Virus record (IMG/VR): IMGVR_UViG_3300012016_000003
Location: 1-64,000 of that record
Origin: a virus
Lineage: Duplodnaviria > Caudoviricetes
DNA length: 64,000 bases
Reading direction: 5' to 3' (one strand)
A model generated the notes under the pieces. The model was not told the DNA's origin and did not search any database. It worked only from the letters and a program-made list of their open reading frames with translations. This document shows positions 26,142 to 35,010 of this stretch, in pieces. The translations under genes and the position numbers were made by a program. Position 1 is the stretch's first letter. The number at the start of each line of letters is the position of its first letter.

Positions 26142-26828
26142 ATGAAACAGCAACAAAAGAAACTTTCAAATGCACAGCTTGAAAAGAGAATGCAAAGTGC
26201 TATAGTCCTAGTTCCAAAGGACAAGGACACAAAATCGGTGTACTTTGATGACAAGGGGTTGAGAATTACTGTAACAAGTGACTATGCAGTTATAGGAACT
26301 ATGTTCCACCGCCATGTTTTCAATGCAATCACTGCAAGCGGTGCAAGCCGACCATACCTATACACAAAGAACTTTGTGGATATAGCACTTGCACATGACA
26401 ATGATATTATTGTCAAGAATGAAAAGGGAGGTGTTGTACGTTCCTATGCCAGATTGTTTGATGTGTTAAGCAAGGAGGAAAACAAGATAAACTATAATCT
26501 GGCTTGGTTCTATGACCTATGGCTGAACAATATCTTCCAGCCATTGTATAGCATTGGGGAAACCGAAAGCGAGGCATTCTTAGTCTATGAGCAATACTTG
26601 CACAATGTGGCTAGAAACCATATCGTGTTAAGCGAAAAGCCACAAGGTATGACTAATATCCAGTTCGTCAAGGAAACTATGGCAATGGTTGAAAAGTTCA
26701 TTGATGGCATGAAGGAAAGCCAAATCTTCGAGCCTATGACCGATGAGGAAAGGGTAAAGGCAGAAGCCGATGCACTTAATGAGCAACAACAAGAAAAGTT
26801 TATGGAGGAACAAGCCAATGCAAACTAA
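26142..26828 (+). CDS. Hypothetical protein
   Basis: 228-aa ORF. Confidence 0.8.
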   Translation: MKQQQKKLSNAQLEKRMQSAIVLVPKDKDTKSVYFDDKGLRITVTSDYAVIGTMFHRHVFNAITASGASRPYLYTKNFVDIALAHDNDIIVKNEKGGVVRSYARLFDVLSKEENKINYNLAWFYDLWLNNIFQPLYSIGETESEAFLVYEQYLHNVARNHIVLSEKPQGMTNIQFVKETMAMVEKFIDGMKESQIFEPMTDEERVKAEADALNEQQQEKFMEEQANAN

Positions 26829-26997
26829 TGAAAGCAAGGACATGGAATGGGTAAGCGTAAGTGAACTTGCTGAATTGTTGAATGTTTCCAAACAAACAAT
26901 CTACAACTATATCAGGCAAAATTTGTACGAAACAATGGAGTTCCGAAGAGGAAAGATGATTGGCATTCTTGTTAAAGTTCCTAAAGAGATAGAGTAA
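26818..26997 (+). CDS. Small HTH DNA-binding protein (excisionase-like)
   Basis: WVSVSELAELLNVSKQTIYNYIR. Confidence 0.75.
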   Translation: MQTNESKDMEWVSVSELAELLNVSKQTIYNYIRQNLYETMEFRRGKMIGILVKVPKEIE

Positions 26998-27225
26998 ATG
27001 GAAATGGAATTTATAAACAACAATGAAAATAAAGAATTGGTAACAGTTACAAAAAAAAGAATGGAGGAACTTTTGCAATACGAAAGATTTGCCATGTGGG
27101 TATTAAATGGTGTTATCATTTCTTCATTGCCAGATATAGAGTTGACAAGTGAAATATACAAAGATGCCCCAATAGAGGAAAAGAAAAAAGTCTTTGGGGA
27201 AATCCTTAGAGCATTTAATAGATAA
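26998..27225 (+). CDS. Hypothetical protein
   Basis: 75-aa ORF. Confidence 0.6.
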   Translation: MEMEFINNNENKELVTVTKKRMEELLQYERFAMWVLNGVIISSLPDIELTSEIYKDAPIEEKKKVFGEILRAFNR

Positions 27226-27229
27226 GTCT

Positions 27230-27406
27230 ATGAAAAAATTTGTCATTACAATATCCCCATTGTTGTTATCTGCATTCGCACTTGTTTGGGCAAGTGAAGG
27301 TTTTTTGTTTGCCTTGGAAGGTTTGGGCATTACACTAGGTGCATCAGCCCTATGGATTGCATGGATAAACTTTGTAGACTATATAGACAACCATTTAAAT
27401 GATTAG
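27230..27406 (+). CDS. Small two-TM membrane protein
   Basis: MKKFVITISPLLL.. within ORF 27194..27406. Confidence 0.6.
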   Translation: MKKFVITISPLLLSAFALVWASEGFLFALEGLGITLGASALWIAWINFVDYIDNHLND

Positions 27407-27409
27407 CCA

Positions 27410-27601
27410 ATGCCATCTCCAAAGCCGAAAATTAGGCGCAGAAAGGCGAAAAAGCGCAAGGGTAAGGTAGTTATCAAGGAACGTGTTAAATTGCGTTCTA
27501 AAGCCACTAAAAGGGCTAATAGGGATAGTTTGCAACGTATAGAGGCAAGACCACCAGCAGATGTTGCTCCAACATTTAGAATTAAGATAAGAAGGAAATG
27601 A
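27410..27601 (+). CDS. Small very basic protein
   Basis: K/R-rich, 63 aa. Confidence 0.6.
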   Translation: MPSPKPKIRRRKAKKRKGKVVIKERVKLRSKATKRANRDSLQRIEARPPADVAPTFRIKIRRK

Positions 27602-28017
27602 AAATTATACATAATACAAGGGTTGCTTTAATTAGAATTGGGAAAGTGTTACCTTTTGTTATATGTTTTATTATCCTTGTTTCTTATGCTGAAAGTTGTA
27701 TTGGGTTGTATTGTCAAGACTTTGTATTGTATGATAATTATACTATAATAAAGAAACCTATAACATTCTTTATTGGTAATTATTTTGAATACAACTTACA
27801 AACTCTTATAGTACTAACAATAATAAGTATTGCCATTGAAACTTGCATCTATAATAAGATGGCTTGTGGGTATCTAGGCATAAACCTTGTAGAGAAATCC
27901 TACTTTAACTTTGAGATGGATGAGTGGCTTATCTATGCAATATGTTTGGTAAATATAGTAATAGCAAGCTATTTAACATTTAAAGGACTGGTTATTGTTA
28001 CTAAAAGTAAAATATAA
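27598..28017 (+). CDS. Multi-pass membrane protein
   Basis: Several hydrophobic segments; AT-rich gene. Confidence 0.7.
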   Translation: MKIIHNTRVALIRIGKVLPFVICFIILVSYAESCIGLYCQDFVLYDNYTIIKKPITFFIGNYFEYNLQTLIVLTIISIAIETCIYNKMACGYLGINLVEKSYFNFEMDEWLIYAICLVNIVIASYLTFKGLVIVTKSKI

Positions 28018-28289
28018 TGACACAAGAAGAAATAAAAGAAATCCTTTCCGTGCATGGTCTTGATGAAACACTCTTGTTTGAAGACCCATCCTATGAAACT
28101 GCATTCATAGGCATATCACACGATGACAAGGCGGTGTATGACTATGACAAGATGGTTGAATATCTGGTTGAAAAGGATGGCATAACGGAGGAAGAGGCAG
28201 CAGACTTTGTGTGTTACAACACTTTAAGGTCTTTGTCTTATTGTGAAAACTCGCCTATAGTTGTGTTTGACTATAACAAGTACTTTTAG
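28017..28289 (+). CDS. Conserved phage hypothetical protein
   Basis: AFIGISHD..AVYDYDKMV..DGITEEEAADFV.YNT. Confidence 0.8.
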   Translation: MTQEEIKEILSVHGLDETLLFEDPSYETAFIGISHDDKAVYDYDKMVEYLVEKDGITEEEAADFVCYNTLRSLSYCENSPIVVFDYNKYF

Positions 28290-28322
28290 TATTTAATTTT
28301 TGCTAAAATTTCAATCCAAAGT

Positions 28323-28353
28323 TTTGCATATTGAAAATTAAGCACTAAATTTG
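28323..28353 (+). promoter_or_regulatory. Bacteroidota promoter of the sRNA/tRNA cassette
   Basis: TTTGCATA..TAAATTTG. Confidence 0.8.
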
Positions 28354-28356
28354 CAA

Positions 28357-28459
28357 GTGTGTTTAAGGATGGATATTCATAGTTATTAGTTTTTTGGTTA
28401 CAAAAGTTACTACTAGGGTAAAAGGGAAGCCAAATCCTTGTGAAAGGCGGTAGGCTTCC
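28357..28459 (+). ncRNA. Candidate sRNA unit (anti-start-codon segment plus GNRA hairpin)
   Basis: GGATATTCATAGTTATTAGTTTTTT, then GGAAGCC-AAAT-CCTT-GTGA-AAGG-CGGTA-GGCTTCC. Confidence 0.55.
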
Positions 28460-28464
28460 AACAT

Positions 28465-28535
28465 CACGGCAGCAGTGTGAAAGTCGCATAGTGGGTTCAT
28501 TGCCCAAAGGTGGGGTGCAAATCCCACTGCCGTAA
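28465..28535 (+). tRNA. Divergent tRNA-Met(CAT), initiator-like
   Basis: C1:A72 mismatch, ACGGCA/TGCCGT acceptor, GGG/CCC in the anticodon stem, loop TTCATTG; aberrant D and T loops. Confidence 0.6.
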
Positions 28536-28539
28536 CAAA

Positions 28540-28645
28540 GTTTTGCATACTTTTTGAATACTCATAGCTATTTATTTATTTAGGTCATGGATTGATTAGT
28601 TTGACACAATGAAAACCAAGGCGTTGGGAAACGTAGTAGGTTTTC
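28540..28645 (+). ncRNA. Candidate sRNA unit (three anti-start-codon segments plus GNRA hairpin)
   Basis: CAT at 28546, 28563 and 28586, each followed by a U-rich run; then GAAAACC-AAG-GCGTT-GGGA-AACGT-AGTA-GGTTTTC. Confidence 0.55.
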
Positions 28646-28649
28646 ACAT

Positions 28650-28721
28650 TGGGGCTTGGTATAGCGGTTCGTACACAAGATTTTGGCTCTTGTCAGGCAT
28701 GTTCGACTCATGCAGTCCCAA
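28650..28721 (+). tRNA. tRNA-Gln(TTG)
   Basis: TGGGGCT/AGTCCCA acceptor, CAAGA-TTTTGGC-TCTTG anticodon arm, GCATG-TTCGACT-CATGC T-arm. Confidence 0.9.
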
Positions 28722-28766
28722 CAAGATACATATTTTTTTTGTTTAATCAATTTATAAGAGAAACTT

Positions 28767-29924
28767 ATGAAGATTATTAGATTTAATTCCGATGAACTTA
28801 CTCCTTCACTGGCACTTGTAAGTTCAGTAGCACCCATCAAGAGTTCCTTGCCTATACTTAATGACGTAAGGATAGAAACAAAGCAAGGGCAAGAGGGTGG
28901 TGTGATTGTAGAACTAACCACAAGTGACGGGGAAACATGGCTGCAATGGCAGACACCTATTACGGAAGCCGAGGTTGGCATCTTGCTTTGCATCGAGGCA
29001 AAGGCATTGTTGCAGGCATTGAAAAACCTTAATGGAAAGACCATCACAATGAACATTGACGAGGAAAAGCACATTGTTGTATGCAAGTATGACAACGGAA
29101 AGTTCTCACTCCCCTATGAAAAGGCAGATGATTTCCCTACACCGTCAAGCAATATGGATGGGGCAAAGGAAATGAAGGTTGATGGCAAGCGAATACGCAC
29201 GGCTATGGAAAGGACTGGCTTTGCATCATCAAGTGATGAACTTCGCCCAGTAATGACTGGTGTTCGATTTGAGTTCTTCAAGGACGGGATGGTTACGGTG
29301 GCTACGGATGGTCACAAGTTGGCAAAGTACAAAGACCTTACCATTACAAGCAATGAGGAAGAGATGTTTGGCTTTACAATGCCAAAAAGACCTTGTGGCA
29401 CACTTATGAACGTGTTGGCTAGCACCATAGACAGTAACATAGATGTTATGTTCAATGATAGATGCCTTGTGGTAACAAACACCCAGTTTAAGATGACCGC
29501 AAGACTCCTAGAGGGTCGCTACCCTAACTATGATGCCGTAATCCCAAAGACAAATGACAAGATTGTGAACATTGAAAAGGCTGCATTCATTACCGCCTTA
29601 AAACGTGTCCTCCCTATGGGTAGCCTTACATCGGAACTTGTGGCACTTACTTTCTACAATGGCGAAATGACCATTTCGGCAGAGGACTTTGAGTTTAGCA
29701 AGTCGGCAAGCGAGGTGGTAGGATGCGACTATAGCCCCGAACTTCCATCTTTCTCCATTGGTTTCAAGGGTAGTTCCTTGTTGCAGTTGTTGCAGAACAT
29801 TGATTGTGATACGGTAAAGATTTCACTTGCCGAGCCATCCCGTGCTGGTATCATTACCGAGGGCGAGGAAAACAACACCTATGACTACACATCATTGATT
29901 ATGCCTATGCTTTTGGCTAACTAA
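28767..29924 (+). CDS. dnaN: DNA polymerase III beta sliding clamp
   Basis: LPILNDV, ELRPVMTGV, VATDGHKLA, RLLEGRYPNYDAVIP, SLIMPML. Confidence 0.97.
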   Translation: MKIIRFNSDELTPSLALVSSVAPIKSSLPILNDVRIETKQGQEGGVIVELTTSDGETWLQWQTPITEAEVGILLCIEAKALLQALKNLNGKTITMNIDEEKHIVVCKYDNGKFSLPYEKADDFPTPSSNMDGAKEMKVDGKRIRTAMERTGFASSSDELRPVMTGVRFEFFKDGMVTVATDGHKLAKYKDLTITSNEEEMFGFTMPKRPCGTLMNVLASTIDSNIDVMFNDRCLVVTNTQFKMTARLLEGRYPNYDAVIPKTNDKIVNIEKAAFITALKRVLPMGSLTSELVALTFYNGEMTISAEDFEFSKSASEVVGCDYSPELPSFSIGFKGSSLLQLLQNIDCDTVKISLAEPSRAGIITEGEENNTYDYTSLIMPMLLAN

Positions 29925-29939
29925 TAAAAACTATGACCT

Positions 29940-30386
29940 ATGTACGATAACTATAGCTATCCATGCGGAGCAGACACACCCGATGCTCCTTGGAATCAAG
30001 AAGATGTTCCTGAAAAGGAATTTGAAATACAAGTATCACAAACACTTGTCAAGACTTGTGATGTTATTACCGACAAATATATCCCAGGCCCGTCTGGAGT
30101 TGATTATGACTCCGATGATGAGGGTGGATGTGTTGCAATCGGTTGGAATGAACCAGATGACACAAGCGATGTGGATTGGGAGAAAGAGTTTTCCGAAAAC
30201 TGGCACTACACCCCATTGGAACTCATAAACAAGTTCAAGGAACACCTCGAAAGGGAATGGGATGCGATAAAGGATGTTGAAGATGCGAAAGATGCTGAAA
30301 CAAGGAGAAAGAAACGTGAAATCAAGCATCTTATTGAAGAGTGCGAGGGATGGGAAAATGATGATACCGAATTTGAAGAAGTGTGA
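29940..30386 (+). CDS. Acidic hypothetical protein
   Basis: YPCGADTPDAPWNQ; strongly D/E-rich. Confidence 0.8.
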   Translation: MYDNYSYPCGADTPDAPWNQEDVPEKEFEIQVSQTLVKTCDVITDKYIPGPSGVDYDSDDEGGCVAIGWNEPDDTSDVDWEKEFSENWHYTPLELINKFKEHLEREWDAIKDVEDAKDAETRRKKREIKHLIEECEGWENDDTEFEEV

Positions 30387-30389
30387 TGA

Positions 30390-30821
30390 ATGAATGACTT
30401 TGGCGACTACATAAACGGACACATACAAAGAAAGGCTGGTGGAAAATACGAGGGGCAAATCATCGTTGATGGCGTTGACTTGTCCCCCATTGAAGCCACC
30501 TATTTCACTAAAGACCACAAGAACTACCTTTGGATAAAGAGAAAGCCGATAATGGAGTTTGACATTGAAAGCGGCAGCTTTATCACAAGAAAAAGAAAGC
30601 CAGACTTTGAATGCTACCTTGAAAAGCAAATCAATGGGAATGTTGTAGAATACAAGGGTGTGTTCACATTCCTACGCTTTCGGTATTCCATCATTGGTGT
30701 GTGGGATAAGATTCTTGGCAAAGACCTCCAAAGGCTTAACCTCTATGTGGAAAGGCTTCCGTTGAAGGAGCAGACAATCCTAAAGGGTATTAACGAAAGG
30801 AAACGCAATAATGGAGGATAG
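30390..30821 (+). CDS. Hypothetical protein
   Basis: 143-aa ORF. Confidence 0.8.
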   Translation: MNDFGDYINGHIQRKAGGKYEGQIIVDGVDLSPIEATYFTKDHKNYLWIKRKPIMEFDIESGSFITRKRKPDFECYLEKQINGNVVEYKGVFTFLRFRYSIIGVWDKILGKDLQRLNLYVERLPLKEQTILKGINERKRNNGG

Positions 30822-31293
30822 GGAAAAGGTTTTAATGGATTGGGATGCCTTGGATAACAAGGATATAGACGAGGTATGTAAGATATTGCAAAGGCATGAG
30901 ATACGCATACAAGACTATCTTCTTGACCTTGTGGCATCATTGTGTAATGTAGACAAGTCAAAGGTAATAACCGAAACTAGGGATGTAAGCACCATTCATG
31001 CAAGGTGGTTCTTTTGGTATGCCTATAGGTATATGACCAATGAGCCTTTTGTCAAGATTGCAGAGTTCACATTGAGGTATGGCAGACGGTTTACCGAACA
31101 AAGCATATCAAACAGCGTGAACAAGATGGCGAGGATGGTCACAAAGGAAACACTATGGGCAAAGCGTTGGGTTATCATCCGTAGGATTATAAAGCTGAGG
31201 GATGAAGTTCCCAATGGCATGGTTGAAGAACCTATAAGGGTTGTTGTTCATCATCCAAAGAATGTAGAAGTAAAACTTAAAATCGAACAATAG
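30811..31293 (+). CDS. Protein with a DnaA C-terminal-like HTH
   Basis: VASLCNVDKSKVITETRDVSTIHARWFFWYAYRYMT..IAE resembles DnaA domain IV. Confidence 0.55.
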   Translation: MEDREKVLMDWDALDNKDIDEVCKILQRHEIRIQDYLLDLVASLCNVDKSKVITETRDVSTIHARWFFWYAYRYMTNEPFVKIAEFTLRYGRRFTEQSISNSVNKMARMVTKETLWAKRWVIIRRIIKLRDEVPNGMVEEPIRVVVHHPKNVEVKLKIEQ

Positions 31294-31294
31294 T

Positions 31295-31708
31295 ATGATT
31301 TATGAAATTCAGGTACAATACACAACGATAGACCCTAAGAGCGGCAATGATAAGATTGCTAGGGAAAAGTATCTTGTGGAGAATGTGGAAACCTTTGCCG
31401 AAGCGGAAGCAAAGGGTTATGAATGGTGTGATGGGGAAACCAACTTGGATGTCATTGCAGTAAAGCGTTCCAAGGTTAAGGAAATCATCAACACAAGGCA
31501 AAGCAATGAGGACTTGATTTGGATAGCCGAGATGCAAGACGTGTTCACTACCGATGACGGGGATGAGAAATACATTAAGTACAAGGTCATATTGTTTGCA
31601 AAGACAATAGCAAGTGCCCATGCAATAATGGAGAACTATATCAAGCAAGGCTACAATATGGAACTTATAGGAGTCAAGCTAACTGGTTTTGAAAATTTGT
31701 TGAAATAA
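31295..31708 (+). CDS. DUF4494-family protein
   Basis: EKYLVENVETFAEAEAK..IAVKRSKVKEI..YKVIL..A. Confidence 0.75.
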   Translation: MIYEIQVQYTTIDPKSGNDKIAREKYLVENVETFAEAEAKGYEWCDGETNLDVIAVKRSKVKEIINTRQSNEDLIWIAEMQDVFTTDDGDEKYIKYKVILFAKTIASAHAIMENYIKQGYNMELIGVKLTGFENLLK

Positions 31709-31709
31709 G

Positions 31710-32237
31710 ATGGAAAGTAAGCTATATATTGGAATAGACGTAGGTAGCAAGGGCTTTATATCCATGCAAAAGGATGGCAAGTGGCAGTTCTTTTCCATTG
31801 AGGATAATGACTTGTACCAACTTAGCCAGATAATGATGAATGCAAGGGCAGACAACTTGAACATTGCTTGCGTTATTGAGGATGTTCATCCAGTGTTCGG
31901 GAGTAGTGCAAAAGCAACCTTTGCATTTGGTTTTAATAAAGGGTATCTAATCGGCTTGCTAGCTGCAAACCACATACCCTATGTACTTGTTCAGCCAAAG
32001 GAGTGGCAGAAAGAAATGTGGGGAAATTCCGACATGGTTGTAACATACAAGGAAGTGGTGGTAAAGGGAAAGAAAATGACAAGGAAAGAGGTAAACACAA
32101 AGCAAACCTCAATAAACTGTGCCAAAAGGCTTTTCCCTATGATGGACTTCCGTAAGTCGGAAAAGGCAAAGAAGGTGGATGATAACAAGGTCGACTCCGT
32201 ACTGATGTGCGAGTACGCAAGAAGAAAAAACCTATAG
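31710..32237 (+). CDS. RuvC-like Holliday junction resolvase
   Basis: YIGIDVG, VIEDVH..AFGFNKG, VQPKEWQK, DNKVDSVL. Confidence 0.88.
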   Translation: MESKLYIGIDVGSKGFISMQKDGKWQFFSIEDNDLYQLSQIMMNARADNLNIACVIEDVHPVFGSSAKATFAFGFNKGYLIGLLAANHIPYVLVQPKEWQKEMWGNSDMVVTYKEVVVKGKKMTRKEVNTKQTSINCAKRLFPMMDFRKSEKAKKVDDNKVDSVLMCEYARRKNL

Positions 32238-32239
32238 GA

Positions 32240-32863
32240 ACTATGCTGAATTATCTTGATGCAAAGAACGTACTTTTTACACGTGGAATTACCTTTGACC
32301 TGAAACAATACCTATTTGTTGCACAAGTGGTGTTGGGCGAGGACAAGGGTACTGCCTATGCCATGATATATGACCGTGAGAACTTTGTAAAGGAAACGGG
32401 TACGGAGGATGAACAAGAATACCTTTCAAAATTCATCAAGGATGCAGATGTGATGCTACAGCAACAAGAGTGTCAGCATCTAAGGGATTTTTTGGATGAG
32501 AACTACCAAATGGATGTTCAGCAAAGTGCAAGTACATTGAAGGACTACAAGTTTACTGGTTCGGAGGTTCAGCAACTTTTGGCAAACCTTCTTCACAACC
32601 GTTCAAAGGAACTTGACGATGCAAGTGTAAAGGATATTCTAAGCCTTATCAAGACAATGTATGAACAAGGTGCTCTTGATTCGGGCGACACGTTCCAGAA
32701 GCACTTCATAACGGTAATGCCCAAGTTTAATGCCTTGTGCCCTGCTTGCAATCATGAGATGGATATTGTGATGGGTGTTGATTGCATTTGCCCACACTGC
32801 AAGCAGGTCTTTAAGTGGAGTGAACAAGAGAAAAGGTTCTACCCCCAACCATCCAAACTTTAG
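32240..32863 (+). CDS. Hypothetical protein with a C-terminal double Zn ribbon
   Basis: CPACNHE..CPHC; likely start MLNYLDAK. Confidence 0.75.
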   Translation, partial: TMLNYLDAKNVLFTRGITFDLKQYLFVAQVVLGEDKGTAYAMIYDRENFVKETGTEDEQEYLSKFIKDADVMLQQQECQHLRDFLDENYQMDVQQSASTLKDYKFTGSEVQQLLANLLHNRSKELDDASVKDILSLIKTMYEQGALDSGDTFQKHFITVMPKFNALCPACNHEMDIVMGVDCICPHCKQVFKWSEQEKRFYPQPSKL

Positions 32864-32868
32864 CACCT

Positions 32869-33108
32869 ATGGAAACCGTTTGGCATGACCTACGAAAGAA
32901 ACCAAGACCATACGAATATCTGCTTGTTGAAACATACACCGAGCATTATCCGTATAGGGTTTGTTTCTACATCGAGGAAGGGTATTGGAGGGATGCGTAC
33001 AAGACATCATATTTCCATCCAAAGCCATATAAGTTGCAGCACCCTAATTGTGATGATGATTTTAGGGTAAAAAGATGGGCTTATATCAATGATATAAAGA
33101 ACATATAA
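32869..33108 (+). CDS. Hypothetical protein (DUF551-like)
   Basis: VWHDLRKKP..VKRWAYINDI; last plus-strand gene before the convergence point. Confidence 0.7.
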   Translation: METVWHDLRKKPRPYEYLLVETYTEHYPYRVCFYIEEGYWRDAYKTSYFHPKPYKLQHPNCDDDFRVKRWAYINDIKNI

Positions 33109-33231
33109 CTTTACTTAATAAAGCAAATTGTTGTAGGAAAGCCACACAAAGCATTTTAAAGCTTATGGGTGACTTTTTATGTTCCTTCCCTTATAAGTTA
33201 TCACACAAAGCAAAATAGCCCCTTAGAACGG

Positions 33232-33618
33232 CTAAAAACAAGGTGTTCCGATTTCCTCCACCGCAAGACGCATAAGTTCTCCATGCAAGTAAGCCGCTGG
33301 CTCTTGGTCATAGGGCTCTCCATAGTAGTCTATGATTGCCGTTGTGGCATGGTAGAGTTCGTGGTTCAGGGAGTCCCAAAACTGGCTTGGAGATGTAGAA
33401 TGCCCTATGTATATTGATGTCATCTTTAGGTCATTGTTGGAAATAGCCATCCCCGTATTCGGCCCAGATAAAATCCACATTGCCTTGTTTATCTCACGTT
33501 CCCTCATCCCAAAGGATTTCATTACCGCAGCCATGTCATCCCAATCGGTCATGTCAAAGTCATAGTTGACCAAGACACCCCAATCATTGTGCCCGACCTT
33601 TAGATATTTTGTTACCAT
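33232..33618 (-). CDS. HEXXH-containing protein of the low-complexity module
   Basis: MVTKYLKV..SLNHELYHA..EPAAYLHGE. Confidence 0.75.
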   Translation of the reverse strand: MVTKYLKVGHNDWGVLVNYDFDMTDWDDMAAVMKSFGMREREINKAMWILSGPNTGMAISNNDLKMTSIYIGHSTSPSQFWDSLNHELYHATTAIIDYYGEPYDQEPAAYLHGELMRLAVEEIGTPCF

Positions 33619-34037
33619 GCCTTGTTTACCATTTGTTCCCAAAAAATTATAGTACCCTTTGCACTGCAATCCGCAAGGAATCGGCAAAAGACGATACCAT
33701 CATACCCGTCTGGGTCACACAACACATCATAGATGTACTTTGCCATGTGTGCCTCATCCTCTATACTGCTTCCCCAAAAGTCAGCCTTTACCATGTTTGC
33801 CAAATACAAGGCATCATAGATATTGTTTGTTTCTATATTAACCTTGTGCTTTTCGAGCATGGTTTTTAGTTCATCAAGAGTTACTGGAGTTATCTTTTTC
33901 ATCATGCCAGTAGTCTTGTCCTCACGTTTCATCTTTCCAACTGCAAATTCACAAAGGTTCTTGTTGAAGTGCATTCCATAATAGGAAAGATATTGTTCCA
34001 TGTCCTCTGGAACTAGATAGTTCAATAGATTATCCAT
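33612..34037 (-). CDS. Conserved module protein
   Basis: YLSYYGMHFNKNLCEFAV..YLANMVKADFWGSSI..DPDGYDGIVF. Confidence 0.8.
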   Translation of the reverse strand: MDNLLNYLVPEDMEQYLSYYGMHFNKNLCEFAVGKMKREDKTTGMMKKITPVTLDELKTMLEKHKVNIETNNIYDALYLANMVKADFWGSSIEDEAHMAKYIYDVLCDPDGYDGIVFCRFLADCSAKGTIIFWEQMVNKAW

Positions 34038-34133
34038 ATTTTCTTTATTTTTTTTCTTGTTTAAGAATTAAGAATTAGGGGTGGAATGACCCTTTGTAGA
34101 AGAAAGCCACCCACCCCTTACCATGCCTAGCAA

Positions 34134-34391
34134 TTACATATATCGACCTCTGCTGTCACGTTGTCTGCGGAACTGTTCCTCATTCATTTCATCCTCGGAA
34201 TCCTCCCATCCCTCACGATAGCCTTGACGATAGCCCTCACGGTACATTTCATCATCACGATAGCTTCCACCACTGTTTCCACCACGGTAATAGCCACCGC
34301 CACTACGCATTTGTGTTCTCATGGCACGCCTCATCTGCTGCTTGCTGCTGCCACCACTGCTTTCCTTGTCATCAATAAAGATATATCCCAT
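34134..34391 (-). CDS. Small disordered R/G/Y/E-rich protein
   Basis: RSGGGYYRGGNSGGSYRDD..RRQRDSRGRYM. Confidence 0.8.
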   Translation of the reverse strand: MGYIFIDDKESSGGSSKQQMRRAMRTQMRSGGGYYRGGNSGGSYRDDEMYREGYRQGYREGWEDSEDEMNEEQFRRQRDSRGRYM

Positions 34392-34417
34392 AGTTGTTTG
34401 AGTTGTTTAGACGGTTT

Positions 34418-34963
34418 CTAAATAGACGTTGAAGAAGGCGACCCATTCAAGGAACGTAGTATCGCCAGCATTTCTGCACTTTGGCTTTCCAAGGCAGAAA
34501 GTTTCGCCTCCGTTGCCTTTTGCTTTTCCTCCAATGATTGTATGGTTCTTGCCTGACGCTTGTTGTCGGCATATTGCGGGTTCAACACCTCAAGCATCTT
34601 TTCACTTTCCGAAATGACGCTCTTGTGGTATGGTATCTGGTCAAGTGCCTTCTTTGATGTCTGCAACATAGCATCAACGGCTTGCAGCATAGCTTCTCTG
34701 CTACCACTGAATGTGTCATTGCCCTTTGCGGCTATCTCCACATTGACGGGTATCTCACTGAATGTTTCATCCTTGCCGTTGATTGTTGCCACCAAATCCA
34801 CCACTTGCTGAATAGGCATACCAGTCATAAGGTTCGGTGTTTGGGTTTGAAACTTTGCACGAGGCTGTGACTTTGACTTTACTACACCAACCTCAAGCAC
34901 TGGCTTTTCCCCTTTTCGGAGTATGTAGAACGGATTGCCGTTCCCAAGACTATTAAAATCCAT
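34418..34963 (-). CDS. Conserved module protein with a C-terminal coiled coil
   Basis: MDFNSLGNGNPFYIL..LNPQYA.. Confidence 0.85.
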   Translation of the reverse strand: MDFNSLGNGNPFYILRKGEKPVLEVGVVKSKSQPRAKFQTQTPNLMTGMPIQQVVDLVATINGKDETFSEIPVNVEIAAKGNDTFSGSREAMLQAVDAMLQTSKKALDQIPYHKSVISESEKMLEVLNPQYADNKRQARTIQSLEEKQKATEAKLSALESQSAEMLAILRSLNGSPSSTSI

Positions 34964-34974
34964 GTGTTTTACTT

Positions 34975-35006
34975 TTTTGTTAATTCACTTTTTTGTTGTA
35001 TATTTG
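34975..35006 (+). promoter_or_regulatory. Bacteroidota promoter for the HNH gene
   Basis: TATATTTG at 34999-35006. Confidence 0.65.
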
Positions 35007-35010
35007 CATT

